In this document: in pieces, positions 34,478 to 43,901 of the stretch
Position numbering within the stretch: the first letter of the stretch is position 1
Layout: each line of letters starts with the position of its first letter
Assembly (NCBI GenBank): GCA_029210695.1
Contig: JARGFH010000030.1
Coordinates: forward strand, 1-43,978
Direction: 5' to 3'
Origin: Acidimicrobiia bacterium
GTDB taxonomy: Bacteria > Actinomycetota > Acidimicrobiia > Spongiisociales > JAHEDJ01
DNA: 43,978 bases
Position numbers and translations under genes: made by a program
Notes under the pieces: generated by a model
Seen by the model: only the letters and a program-made list of their open reading frames with translations
Databases searched by the model: none
What the model was told of the DNA's origin: nothing

Positions 34478-36805
34478 TGGGTAGCCGACGAGCGCGGCTA
34501 CTCCCCTACCCGACTGGGCCATAACGAGGAGACGGTCGGCTCCATCGGGTGCCTCTTGGGCGGGGTCGAGGACGACGATTGGGTCCCAGGTGCCGTCGTT
34601 GATCGGCGACAGCCGACCATCGAGCGGTGTGGTCGCGGTCACCTCCACTGCGGCTGTCTTGGCCTCGAGGATCGGAAGGACATCGGTCAGGTTGTCGACA
34701 ACGGTGATCCGTTCGAGCTGTTCGAGCCCGTCTCCGAATCCGACGCACATGATGTGGATGCCGTCGGCGAGAGGCGTGGTGGCAAGCTCGGTGGCGATCG
34801 TGGCGCACGTGTCGAGGAGATCATCAGGTTCGCCGGTGACGCGGGTTGCCCCTGCGAACTCGAGGTCGAGGAGGAGGTGGACGTCGCCGGTGTGCCCGAC
34901 CGTGACGAGTGTCGGGTACGGGGCGGGGACGGCGGTTGCCTTGCGTCGGAGCAGCTCGGCGTCCGTGGTGGCCGAGAGTGTCCAGCTGCGGCCGCCGTCG
35001 TCGATGGCCCATCCGGGTGGCGGGTTGGTGTGCGGTGTCCAAAGGAGGAGCCGGAGGGTGTGTGGGCTGAGGTGGACACCGACGACATGCGGCGGCTGCT
35101 GGTGGGCAGCATTGACGTCGTGGACCATGGCTCGCAGGGCGATGTCGACGAACTCCGTGGCGGTCGGGGCAGCCGATGCTCGTATTGTCGCCTCCGTCTT
35201 TTGTGCCTCGGCGGGTGGCGGTGTGGGTGCGGTCCCGGTTCGGCGGCGTCGCAGCTGACCGGCTCGGAGCCGGCGCAGCAGGCCGACGACACCGGCACCG
35301 AGGATCCCGAGACCGGCCAGCCGGACGGCGATCGGGAACAGATCCCCGAACGGCCCGGCGTCGGCGGTGTCGTCAGCCGCCTCGATATCGGCCGGTTCGA
35401 TGTCGTCGGCCTGGATCGTGCGCGGCGACGTGGTGTCTTCCATGGGTGGCGCGGTCGGTGTGCTCGTTGCTTGGGCAGGCACAATGGTCTGCGGTGTTGC
35501 GTCCGGGTGCGTGGTGTCCGGTGTCGAGGTGGATGGTGGTGGCACATCCACGCTCGGTTCGGCCCAGCCGGTCTCGGGCTCGACTGCCGGGGCTGTGTTG
35601 CCCGGGATCGCGGGTAGTTCGAAGACCTGTCCCGGGTCGATGAGGTCGGGGTCGTGCGGGGGTGCGAGCCGGTCCAGGTTCATGTCGACAAGTTGTCGCC
35701 AGTAGTCGGCGACTTCTGTGGTCGTCGGGGCCTCGTCGAGCGCGTCGGTGAGGGTCGTTTCTGCGATGCTCCAGAAGGTGTCGCCCTGTGCGACGGTGAT
35801 CTTCGCAGGACCTTCGGCTGGAGGTGGCGAGGCGGTTTCGGCTCGCAGGTCGGAGGGGACGGGTGGGAGTTCGAAGACCTGTCCCGGGTAGATGAGGTCG
35901 GGCTCGTGCGGGGGTGCGAGCCGGTCCAGGTTCATGTCGACAAGTTGTCGCCAGTAGTCGGCGATCTCCTGGTTGGACGGTAGTCGTCCCCAGGCGTCGG
36001 CCAGTGTGGTTTGGGCGATGTTCCAAAAGGCATCCCCGGGCTCGACCGCAACCTCGGTCGCTGCCTGCTCGGTTGCGGGTTGCTCGGTCGCCGCCGGCTC
36101 GTCGGTGGTGTTGGCGTCGGCGGGGAGGAGGAGCTGCCAGCCGGGCGTGAGGGTGTCGGTGGTCTCGGTGAAGCGGTACCCGTCGTTCATGGTGCGGCCG
36201 GCGTTGAGGGTCTGGATCTCGTTCCAGCGTCGCCCGTTGGCGAGGGTGTCCTCGGCGATCTTCCAGAGGGTGTCGTGGCGTTGCACCCGGTAGGTCGGGT
36301 GCGATGTTGGCGCCTCGGATCGGGTCGGTTGTTGGTCGTCGGCTCGCTGCCATGGCCCCTCATCGATGTCCAGCACCGGCTGAGCGGACACGTCGACGAG
36401 GGATGCGGCCAGCGGGGTTGCCGCTGCTGGCAGTGCCCGCATCGGTCCGAGAGTGGCCACGGCCAGGGTGATGGCGGCAACGAGTTGAGCGACGGCTGGT
36501 TGCAGTCCGGGCAGAACGGGGAGCCGTCGTGCGGTGCGGCCGCGGAGCGCAGCAGCCATCTCGACGGCGAGGACGATGGCGAGCTGTGCCCAGATAACCC
36601 ATACGATGACTGCCAGCGTGTTGATGATCAGGTTCGGGTCGATGCCGCCGCGGAGGGCGAGTTGGATCTGGTCGAGGGTGGGGATGCTGGTGGGTAGGGG
36701 CCAGCCGACGTAGGCGATCAGCCCGGCCGGGACGGCGATGGTGAAGAGTGCGAGGGCGATGAGGGCGACGAGCCCGTTGATGGCGTGTTTGGCGTGTCGC
36801 ATCAT
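33725..36805 (-). CDS. Tad-associated LysM membrane protein with C-terminal WD40 repeats
   Basis: N-terminal TM helices, three LysM-like domains (V..GD..W.IA), Pro/Thr linker, TM followed by RRLR...RRRR, APYPTLVTVG...LLDLE cytoplasmic region, six (W/Y)SPDG WD40 repeats. Confidence 0.85.
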   Translation of the reverse strand: MMRHAKHAINGLVALIALALFTIAVPAGLIAYVGWPLPTSIPTLDQIQLALRGGIDPNLIINTLAVIVWVIWAQLAIVLAVEMAAALRGRTARRLPVLPGLQPAVAQLVAAITLAVATLGPMRALPAAATPLAASLVDVSAQPVLDIDEGPWQRADDQQPTRSEAPTSHPTYRVQRHDTLWKIAEDTLANGRRWNEIQTLNAGRTMNDGYRFTETTDTLTPGWQLLLPADANTTDEPAATEQPATEQAATEVAVEPGDAFWNIAQTTLADAWGRLPSNQEIADYWRQLVDMNLDRLAPPHEPDLIYPGQVFELPPVPSDLRAETASPPPAEGPAKITVAQGDTFWSIAETTLTDALDEAPTTTEVADYWRQLVDMNLDRLAPPHDPDLIDPGQVFELPAIPGNTAPAVEPETGWAEPSVDVPPPSTSTPDTTHPDATPQTIVPAQATSTPTAPPMEDTTSPRTIQADDIEPADIEAADDTADAGPFGDLFPIAVRLAGLGILGAGVVGLLRRLRAGQLRRRRTGTAPTPPPAEAQKTEATIRASAAPTATEFVDIALRAMVHDVNAAHQQPPHVVGVHLSPHTLRLLLWTPHTNPPPGWAIDDGGRSWTLSATTDAELLRRKATAVPAPYPTLVTVGHTGDVHLLLDLEFAGATRVTGEPDDLLDTCATIATELATTPLADGIHIMCVGFGDGLEQLERITVVDNLTDVLPILEAKTAAVEVTATTPLDGRLSPINDGTWDPIVVLDPAQEAPDGADRLLVMAQSGRGVAALVGYPTGDELLSFSLGNFETVRVAMDYSPDGTRLAIVGPGSAVYDAATGDELLGWISDGTVAYSPDGTRIVVGGAWGWAAVLDATTGEEQFTLSLCPGPTSWVWEAAWSPDGTRLATTCRTSVRVWDATTGDELLTIPSLLKVTDLAWSPDGTRIATAGRDGKIAKVWDANTGDGLVTLIGHTGKVWVVAWSPEGNRIATAGSDGTARIWDAGSGDELATLTGHTDEVTDVAWSPDGTRIATASDDGTVKIWTVR
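35616..35964. repeat. Near-identical 97-bp direct repeat within LysM modules 2 and 3
   Basis: 35616-35712 vs 35868-35964, offset 252 bp, two mismatches by eye. Confidence 0.88.
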
Positions 36806-37206
36806 GGCTCCTCGGTGATGGCTGCGGCGGTCTCGGTTGCGGTGACAGTGATGGGACCGGTGGGAAGCAGTACCGGGTCGACGGTGAGTTCGACCGTGAC
36901 GGTGATGGTGTCGTCGGTGACGACGATTTCGCTGGCCGTGTGCCCGAGGTCTGTCAGGTAGTCGCGGGCTTCCTGTTCTGCGGCGGCGGGGAGGAGTCGG
37001 ACGATGCCGTCGGTGCGGAGAGTGTCGAGGTCGACGGCCTGGGCTCCGGCCCGGGCGGCGTTGTCGGCGAGGTTGCTGGCCTCCCGTAGTGCGTTGACCT
37101 TGCGGCCCCCATCGACGACAAGTCCCGCTGCGGCGAGGAGGGCGAGAGCGAGCACCGCCAAGAAGGTGGAGACGGCTCCCCTTTCACTACGGAGCCGAGC
37201 GTTCAC
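36802..37206 (-). CDS. TadG-like pilus assembly protein / pseudopilin
   Basis: ERG|AVSTF followed by a hydrophobic helix, GLVVDGG, ADNAARAGAQ. Confidence 0.82.
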   Translation of the reverse strand: MNARLRSERGAVSTFLAVLALALLAAAGLVVDGGRKVNALREASNLADNAARAGAQAVDLDTLRTDGIVRLLPAAAEQEARDYLTDLGHTASEIVVTDDTITVTVELTVDPVLLPTGPITVTATETAAAITEEP

Positions 37207-37631
37207 GGTGTCGCCCCCTCCGCGTTGGCGCGATAGGCGTCGATGATTTCGACACCCGTCGACGAGAAGGTGCGAGTGCCGGGGACGGCGAGCATGGCCA
37301 GATCGGAGAAGGCGGCGTCGCAGCTGACGGTCACGGCTACCCGGCCCCCCGGCGTGAAGTCGGAGGTGTCGATGTTCACCTCGAGCTGCCGGCAGCTCAC
37401 CGTGCCCGCGGCGATATTCGCCGAGGCGCTATCGATGGCGGCTTGTTCCGCGGCTTGTGAGCTAGCGGCGAGTGAGGCGGCGCGGGCGGCTTCTTGGGCG
37501 GCGTTGGCCACGTCACCCTCGGCTTGCGTAACCCTGCCGGCGAACACCACGAGCAGCAAGAACCCGATCAGCAGTGGGGTGAGCACCGCCAGTTCGGTCG
37601 AAACCGCCCCGTCTTCAGACCTCCGTATCAT
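37203..37631 (-). CDS. tadE: TadE/TadG-family pseudopilin
   Basis: EDG|AVSTELAVLTP, AAQEAARAAS. Confidence 0.88.
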   Translation of the reverse strand: MIRRSEDGAVSTELAVLTPLLIGFLLLVVFAGRVTQAEGDVANAAQEAARAASLAASSQAAEQAAIDSASANIAAGTVSCRQLEVNIDTSDFTPGGRVAVTVSCDAAFSDLAMLAVPGTRTFSSTGVEIIDAYRANAEGATP

Positions 37632-38026
37632 CGGTCAGGCTCCTGAATGAAGCGCTCCACTCCGCCGGTGGCGTGGGCGGTCACCCGCCAGTCGAATCCG
37701 GGCAGGATGCGAGGTGCCCGTCCGGTCACGTCGACGGTGACCGTGTCGGCAGTCCGGCTGACGGACACCTCCGGGTCGGTGAGGTTGCCGGCGGCGTCCA
37801 GGAACCACTCTGCTGCCCGCACGCCGTCGTCTTCGGTTGCCGTGACTACTTGGGCGGCGTCGAGCGCTTCGCGGGCGGCAGCTTCGGCGACTTGGCGGGC
37901 ATGCCACCACAGAGCGACCTGGAACGGCACCAGGACGAGCGCGATGATCACCGGCATGACCACGGCCAGCTCGGTCGAGGTCAGCCCGCGTTCCGTCCTG
38001 TGCGGTCCCGTCACCGTCATGCCCAT
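37628..38026 (-). CDS. tadE: TadE-family pseudopilin
   Basis: ERG|LTSTELAVVMP, QVALWWHARQVAEAAARE. Confidence 0.85.
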   Translation of the reverse strand: MGMTVTGPHRTERGLTSTELAVVMPVIIALVLVPFQVALWWHARQVAEAAAREALDAAQVVTATEDDGVRAAEWFLDAAGNLTDPEVSVSRTADTVTVDVTGRAPRILPGFDWRVTAHATGGVERFIQEPDR

Positions 38027-38034
38027 GCTCCCGT

Positions 38035-38253
38035 TCAGGGTGTGGGTGGGGTGACGTTGTCGGGGATCGCCTCGGCGTTTGACCGCATCTTGGCGATCAG
38101 GATCACACCTGCGGCGACGGCGATGGCGACCAGCACGCCGGTGAGTACGGCGGCCTCGGTCGACATCGCTCCTTTCTCGTCCTCGATGTCGATCCCGAGA
38201 CGGGTCAGCCCTACCTCGATGAGGAGGCGGGCGTAGTCGATGTAGGCGGTCAT
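38035..38253 (-). CDS. Flp-like major pilin
   Basis: DEKG|AMSTEAAVL followed by a hydrophobic helix, 72 aa. AAGGGAG RBS. Position between tadC and tadE. Confidence 0.8.
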   Translation of the reverse strand: MTAYIDYARLLIEVGLTRLGIDIEDEKGAMSTEAAVLTGVLVAIAVAAGVILIAKMRSNAEAIPDNVTPPTP

Positions 38254-38317
38254 GGATGGTGCTCCCTTCGCTGTGTAACGTGGTTCCTCCGCTGGTTGGG
38301 GGTGTCATGGTTGGGTG

Positions 38318-39226
38318 TCATGGGACCGTTCCGGGGGTGGAGATGGCTTGAACGACGCCGAAACCGATGAACAGGATCATGCCGACCACGAGGGTGACGA
38401 CTGGTAGCAGCATCTTCTCGGTGGCGGATTCGGCTTGGGCTTCGATGGCTGCGGTTTGGGCGGCCCGCATCGAGTCGGCTTTGGCGGCGAGCGAGGCGCG
38501 GATTCGGGCTCCTTGGTCCCCGGCCAGTTGCGCAGCAGCCGCCAATTCCCGGAGTTCGTCGACGCCGAGTTCGACACCGAGGTCGTCGAAGATCTCCCAC
38601 GGAGTGCGGTTGGTGATGCGGGCCTTGCGTAGGGAGGCTCGGATCTCGGCGAACGCCCAGCCGTCGCCGAGGTCGGCTGATGCCTGCAGGGCGGTCTCGA
38701 GGCCTCCGCCGCCGGCGAGGATGACGGTGACCAGGTCGAGGTACGCGGAGAGCGAGTGGCGGAAGTCCCGACGGCGTCGCTCGATCCGCTCGGCCAAACC
38801 CAGGTCCGGGTAGAGGAACCCGGCTACCCCGAGCCCGATCGCCGCTACCGCGGCCACAGCGGGCGATATGGACACTCCGGCTGCCGCCACTGCGAGCGTG
38901 AAGAGGACGGGGATGGCGAAGCCGGCGAGACCGGCGAGGAGCTTCTCGTAGGCGTGGGCTTCGACTGTCTTCCCAAGTGCGCGGAGCCGGGTGGACAGAC
39001 GCCCCATGTCGACCAGTCCAGTGGCTTCGAGCAGCCGTACCCCTGCCTGTCCGATCCGCTCAGCGAACGCACCGGTGGTCACCGGCTGCGTGGTTGCGGG
39101 TCGGGGTTTCTCAAGGCCGGCGAGGGCTTCGGCGAGTGGGATCGGTCGGGGCCGTATCGCCCGGACCCCGAGATACACACCGGCCCCGACCGTCGCTCCG
39201 GCCGTCATGGCTGCCAGGACACTCAT
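38318..39226 (-). CDS. tadC: TadC (T2SS F-family) membrane protein
   Basis: RRRDFRHSLSAYLDLV...GGGLETAL...ESATEKMLLP. ATGA overlap with tadB. Confidence 0.87.
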   Translation of the reverse strand: MSVLAAMTAGATVGAGVYLGVRAIRPRPIPLAEALAGLEKPRPATTQPVTTGAFAERIGQAGVRLLEATGLVDMGRLSTRLRALGKTVEAHAYEKLLAGLAGFAIPVLFTLAVAAAGVSISPAVAAVAAIGLGVAGFLYPDLGLAERIERRRRDFRHSLSAYLDLVTVILAGGGGLETALQASADLGDGWAFAEIRASLRKARITNRTPWEIFDDLGVELGVDELRELAAAAQLAGDQGARIRASLAAKADSMRAAQTAAIEAQAESATEKMLLPVVTLVVGMILFIGFGVVQAISTPGTVP

Positions 39227-40089
39227 CGGATCGGCTCCCGAGTGATGTGGCGGAGGGTGAAGCGTTCCGGTGCTTCGAGGCGACTGTAGCGGTGGAGCAT
39301 GACACCGGCCCCGAAGAACACGGCCGTCACCACTACGAGCCATCCCTGCCCGGCGACGGTGTTGTATGGCTCCAACAGGTGCCGGGCGAACACGTCGAGG
39401 AACGCGACGGTGGCGGCGGTGATCCCGACTGCGATGCGGGCCGAGGTGCGGATCCGGGCCCGGCCGATCTCGATCCGGGAGCGCATGCGCACGTCACCGC
39501 GGATCGCGTCCGCCAACCTGGCCAGCAGCGGGCCCAGGTCGCGGGCTTCGAGACGGGCGGCCGCGGCCAACGCCGCCACCACCATGTCCGCCGACGAATG
39601 ATCCAGTTCCCTCGCGAGAGTGTCGAGGGCGGCGTCGAGGGGTTGATGCCGCAGGCGCCGGGCGAAGGCTTCGAGCTGGGGCCGGATGGCGGTGGGGGCG
39701 ACCGCCGCGGTCTGGATCAGCGACGACTCCAACCCGGCGGCGCCGGCCATCGTGTCGCGGAGCATGTCCGCCCAGGTGGCGATCGCGTCGGCGGTTGCCG
39801 CCTCGCGGGCACGGTGGGCCTCGCCGCCGAGGGCCGCCGGCCCGACCAGCACACCTGCGAACACGGCGACCCCAGCGACCGGCCAACGGGTGACCAAACC
39901 CACCACGAGTCCGGCGACCGTGGCGATGGATAGCCAGGCGACGGCGCGTTCGGCGGGCACCGCCGTCGGCACCAAGCGGCCGGCCGGCGGGACGACCCGG
40001 ATGCCGCGGATGGCGGTCACGCCCAGCCACACTCCGAAGCCGATCACGGCACCGAGCAGGGAAGCGATCAAGATCAGCACGGTCACCAC
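39223..40089 (-). CDS. tadB: TadB (T2SS F-family) membrane protein
   Basis: AIATWADMLRDTMAGAAGLE, ALDTLAREL, LEPYNTVAGQ. Confidence 0.87.
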   Translation of the reverse strand: MVTVLILIASLLGAVIGFGVWLGVTAIRGIRVVPPAGRLVPTAVPAERAVAWLSIATVAGLVVGLVTRWPVAGVAVFAGVLVGPAALGGEAHRAREAATADAIATWADMLRDTMAGAAGLESSLIQTAAVAPTAIRPQLEAFARRLRHQPLDAALDTLARELDHSSADMVVAALAAAARLEARDLGPLLARLADAIRGDVRMRSRIEIGRARIRTSARIAVGITAATVAFLDVFARHLLEPYNTVAGQGWLVVVTAVFFGAGVMLHRYSRLEAPERFTLRHITREPIR

Positions 40090-41378
40090 CGTCCCGAAGC
40101 GTCGGCGAGGTGTGATGAATCAAACCCGGCGGCAACGAGGCGGTCGAGGGTGTCGTTGCGGATGGTTGGGCCCGGCGACGGAGCCGCCCACCCTTGTGGG
40201 CCGGGTCGGTATACCTCGTTGGTTGAGATCTGCCGTACCTCCGCCTCCAGCACCTCCCGCACCGACGTGACCCGCCGGACACTGTCCACCCACCCGAGGT
40301 GCACGATGAGGTCGACGGCGTTGGCGATCCACTTGTTCGACGTTTCCTCATCGAGGCCCGCCTCGGCCGTGTACATGCCGAGCCGGACGATCGCTCCTTT
40401 CGACGAGTCGGCGTGAATCGACGACATTGACCCGTCGTTGCCCTGGGACATGGCCCTGAGCATGTCGACTACCTCGACACCGCGTATTTCACCGACGATG
40501 ACGCGGTCGGGGTTCTGCCGCAGTGTGGCTCGCACACAGTCCGCCAGGGTGGCTTCGCCGTGTCCTTCGATGTTGGCGCCCCGGCGTTCCCAACAGACCT
40601 GATCCGGGTGGAGATCCGAGAACCGGTCGAGACCGATCTCGAGGTTGTCCTCCACCGTCACTACCCGCTCGTCGGCTGGGATCTCGTTGAGCAGGCAGCG
40701 CAGCATCGTCGTCTTGCCGGTGTTGGTGCCGCCGGCGACGATCAGGTTCAGCTTGGCCCGCACCGCAGCTCCCAGGAACTCGGCCAGCTCGGCGTCGACG
40801 ACGCCGAGCTCGATCAGGTGTTTCAGCCGGTAGATGGAGAAGTCGTGGCGGCGGATCGTGACCGCCGGGCGGCCCGTCAGCCCCATCACCGCATGGAGAC
40901 GTTCTCCACCCGGGAGCTGGAGGTGTAGCTCCCACGACACCTGGTCCCACCGTTTCTCTGATCGGCCGATCCGCCGCGCCGCCGTCGACAGGATCTCGAT
41001 CAGCTCCCGATCCGAGTCCGCGGCCGCTTCTCCTCGGACTTTGGTGCCGTCCCGGTACACGAGCCACACGTTGTCGCAGCCGTTGACGTGGATGTTGGCA
41101 ATGTCCGGGTCGTCGATGTACGGCTGGAGCCGCCCCAACCCGTGGACCCGATCAAAGACGGCCGAGGCGACTTCAGCCTCTGCAGTCTCGTCGAGGAGCG
41201 GCTCGCCGTTGCGGTAGGCCTGCTCGGCAAGCCGTGACAGTTCGGCTGCGATCAGCGACCGGGTCAGGGCTTGCTCGTCCTCAATGCTCAGTGGATCGTC
41301 GACAGCGCGGAGACGCTCAGCCAGGTTCTCCGCCACCGCCCGATGCAGCCGCCCGACCAAATCGGATTGACCGTTCAC
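40083..41378 (-). CDS. cpaF: TadA/CpaF secretion ATPase
   Basis: GLGRLQPY, GGTNTGKTT, VEDNLE, LRQNPDRVIVGEIRG, SSIHADS. Confidence 0.93.
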   Translation of the reverse strand: MNGQSDLVGRLHRAVAENLAERLRAVDDPLSIEDEQALTRSLIAAELSRLAEQAYRNGEPLLDETAEAEVASAVFDRVHGLGRLQPYIDDPDIANIHVNGCDNVWLVYRDGTKVRGEAAADSDRELIEILSTAARRIGRSEKRWDQVSWELHLQLPGGERLHAVMGLTGRPAVTIRRHDFSIYRLKHLIELGVVDAELAEFLGAAVRAKLNLIVAGGTNTGKTTMLRCLLNEIPADERVVTVEDNLEIGLDRFSDLHPDQVCWERRGANIEGHGEATLADCVRATLRQNPDRVIVGEIRGVEVVDMLRAMSQGNDGSMSSIHADSSKGAIVRLGMYTAEAGLDEETSNKWIANAVDLIVHLGWVDSVRRVTSVREVLEAEVRQISTNEVYRPGPQGWAAPSPGPTIRNDTLDRLVAAGFDSSHLADASGRW

Positions 41379-42163
41379 GATCCCACCTCCCGTGCCATCG
41401 CCGACGGCGCAACGCTGCCTGAATCGCCGGTCGCCACTGCGGAATCGCTGTGGGGTAGCGGCGCCAGGGCAGCGGCCAGGGTCGCCGCCGATCTGATGAG
41501 CTGGGATCGGCGCAGGCTCCCGATCGCACCGGGGGTACCGGCAAGCACGGCAGCCGTCTTCGGGTCCCACGCGATGACCCCGACCACGGGACAGTGCAGC
41601 GCAGCTGCCACCTCGCTGGGGCCGTGCGGCTGATCGCCGACCAGCAGGAGCGACGTCTCAGAATCGGCGGTCTTCAAGGCTTCGCAGCGGATCCCGGCCG
41701 GTCGGAGCTGATCAACCGTCGGGCGGGCAACAACCATCACCGGGCCCGCTCTGAGCAAGGGCATGGAAGGCGCGGATCGTGTCGAGATCCGTCCCCCGTC
41801 AACGATGACATCAAGGTCCGATTGAACCGTGGCCCAGCCGACCAGTTCGTCGGCGGTATCTCTGAGCACCACCTGCGATTCGTCCGGAGATGGAGGTCCC
41901 ACCAGCACGGGGAGCCCGCCGGGAAGGGTCTGGGTGTGTTCCCGAACCAACTCGTCGCTGAGGCCGCCACGCCGTGCCGCCGCCGCCAGCGAGACCAGCC
42001 CAGGCGTATCGGCCATGCCGAACCGTACGGCGATCACACCACCAGAGATGTCTGCCTCGACCACGATGCAGCGACGATGCTGTGGCCAGGTGGCGGCCAA
42101 GGCCAACGCCGTCGTGGTCACGCCTGGTGACCCGTGAGCCGAGACGAGGCTGAGCACGCTCAC
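41375..42163 (-). CDS. CpaE/TadZ-like MinD/ParA-family protein (atypical Walker A)
   Basis: SAHGSPGVTTTAL, VEAD..GG, DVIVDGGR. Confidence 0.8.
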   Translation of the reverse strand: MSVLSLVSAHGSPGVTTTALALAATWPQHRRCIVVEADISGGVIAVRFGMADTPGLVSLAAAARRGGLSDELVREHTQTLPGGLPVLVGPPSPDESQVVLRDTADELVGWATVQSDLDVIVDGGRISTRSAPSMPLLRAGPVMVVARPTVDQLRPAGIRCEALKTADSETSLLLVGDQPHGPSEVAAALHCPVVGVIAWDPKTAAVLAGTPGAIGSLRRSQLIRSAATLAAALAPLPHSDSAVATGDSGSVAPSAMAREVGS

Positions 42164-42837
42164 CGGTCGCCTCCGGCGACGAGCACCAGCCGGACCCGAT
42201 CGGCCGCTGCGGCTGTTACCACCTCGGCCGAAGCCTCGGCCGGTACTTGGAGCGATACGAACCGGTCGCCTTGCGTCCCTAGCTCGGCGATGTCGAACAC
42301 CACCGCCGACACGATCAGCTGTCCGGTATCAGTCGCAGGGTCGGTGGCCACCACGTCGACGTGATCTCCCGGCGCCAGACGCAGGGTCGGGTACTCGCCC
42401 GGTGCCAACGCCACGCCCACCACCGCCTCACCCGTGGCCAGTTCGTTGCCGGAGACGAAATCGGAGGACGTGAGGATCGTGCCCGCTTCGAGGTCGACGG
42501 CTGCTGTCGAACCCGCCACCCGCGTCAGCTCGTCGGAACCGAGCGATGCGATCGGATCATCCGACGCCACATACACCACCATTAGATCGTCGGCCGCCAC
42601 CACCTCGCCTCGCTCGACCGGTTGTGCCAGCGCCAGCACCGGCTCACGGGCAGCGGCGCGTGAGAACACCACCACCGCCACCAAGGCACCAATGGCGACC
42701 AGGAACACCGCGATCAGAAGCTGAGGAACCTGCACCCTCGGTCGAGCCGGCTCCACCCGCAGCTGGCTCCGACCCTGCTGACCGTTCCCTGCAGGATCTG
42801 GACGTGTGGCGGGTTGGCTACTCGTCATCCGGTTCAC
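42160..42837 (-). CDS. SAF-domain protein (CpaB/RcpC-like)
   Basis: TM helix followed by VLALAQPVERGEVV, AAVDLEAGTIL, LAPGDHVDVV. Confidence 0.82.
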   Translation of the reverse strand: MNRMTSSQPATRPDPAGNGQQGRSQLRVEPARPRVQVPQLLIAVFLVAIGALVAVVVFSRAAAREPVLALAQPVERGEVVAADDLMVVYVASDDPIASLGSDELTRVAGSTAAVDLEAGTILTSSDFVSGNELATGEAVVGVALAPGEYPTLRLAPGDHVDVVATDPATDTGQLIVSAVVFDIAELGTQGDRFVSLQVPAEASAEVVTAAAADRVRLVLVAGGDR

Positions 42838-42838
42838 G

Positions 42839-43732
42839 TCATCCTCCCGTCTCCACCGCCTGGATCTCGGCCACGGCCACCCCGAAACCGGAGGCCAGGT
42901 CGACGGTGCCGAACACTCCCTGGTAGGCGTCGTTGATCCACCACTCGAACTCCCAGCTGACCGTCACCGAGGCATCGAAACGACCGTCCGGCTCCCCGTA
43001 CGAGCTGTGCTCGTAGGTGTGAGCGCAGTCCGTGGCGTCCTCAGCGGCGCCCGGCGTCCAGGCGACACCCGGCCCGAAGCACGTAGTCTCACCGCCGTCA
43101 CCCATCGCCCAAGTGGCGCGGGTCGGGGTGGCCAGCACGGTCACTGTGACCACGCCACGGGTCTCGGATGCCTCCAGCGGCGACCAATACGCCGGATCGA
43201 GCCACAGCCACGTCGGAACTTGAACGAAAGTCTCGGCGGCCAGCGGAGGACTGGTCTCCGGGGCCGGAGGAGGCGGCTCCAGGCGAGCTGCTGCGATGTC
43301 CCGAATCACCTCCGGCGGGACGCCCGGCGTCACCTCGACGATGATCTGGATCTCGATGTCCCCCCGCCCGTCGTGCCAGCAGATGACGTCGTACCACACG
43401 TACTCGCCGGTCGGGTCGAGACCGAACAACTCGATCTCGTCGGGTTCGACCGGACCGACCTCGTAGAAGCCGACCTCGTCGCCCTCCTGGAAAGGCCCGG
43501 CCGCGTCGCAGTAGTAGTCCCACAGCTCGTGCATCGTGTAGGTCTCGGGCTCACCGGGAACAATCCCGTGGCATTCGCCCACGACGTCGCCACCCCGGTC
43601 CTTGATGTCCCCACTCCCTGAGCAGTGGTCTGCGAGCGCGGGCGGAGCAGGTACCAGCGTCGCCACCAGCGCTATCAGCGCCAGCAACATCAGACCGTGG
43701 GCAAGCCCCGATCGGTTGGTGCGAACTCGCAT
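42839..43732 (-). CDS. Secreted Tad-associated protein with a PKD/Ig-like C-terminal domain
   Basis: Signal peptide ending ALA. VPTWLW, WAMGDG...CFGPG..W, CAHTY..SS, VAEIQAV. Confidence 0.75.
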   Translation of the reverse strand: MRVRTNRSGLAHGLMLLALIALVATLVPAPPALADHCSGSGDIKDRGGDVVGECHGIVPGEPETYTMHELWDYYCDAAGPFQEGDEVGFYEVGPVEPDEIELFGLDPTGEYVWYDVICWHDGRGDIEIQIIVEVTPGVPPEVIRDIAAARLEPPPPAPETSPPLAAETFVQVPTWLWLDPAYWSPLEASETRGVVTVTVLATPTRATWAMGDGGETTCFGPGVAWTPGAAEDATDCAHTYEHSSYGEPDGRFDASVTVSWEFEWWINDAYQGVFGTVDLASGFGVAVAEIQAVETGG

Positions 43733-43901
43733 GCGAAATCCACCTGTCCTTGAAAATCTGACACCTTCCAGACGCCGTCCTCCAACACCATCACCGCCGA
43801 CTCGAGGTTCGTTTGCCCTTCTCGAACAGGAGGCACGTCGTCGAGGCGCTCACCCGTCGCCAGGTCGTACAGCCCGTAGTCGGGGTCGGATTCGAGGCAG
43901 C
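43690..43901 (-). pseudogene. C-terminal part of a secreted protein gene interrupted by an IS
   Basis: CLESDPDYGLYDLATGE...AVMVLEDGVWKVS. Coding-like sequence ends at the IS junction and no valid start remains. Confidence 0.6.

Noticed and set aside
35616..35964. Near-identical repeat pair as DGR template and variable regions
   Set aside because: Only two mismatches, not adenine-specific on the coding strand. Both copies lie in one ORF and there is no reverse transcriptase in the window.
34556..36697. Long antisense and alternative-frame ORFs here and throughout the track
   Set aside because: Shadow ORFs typical of high-GC DNA that overlap well-supported genes and have no motifs.
38300..38323. 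GGGTGTCATGG direct repeat upstream of the pilin gene
   Set aside because: Only two 11-bp copies, one overlapping the tadC stop. Too weak to call regulatory.
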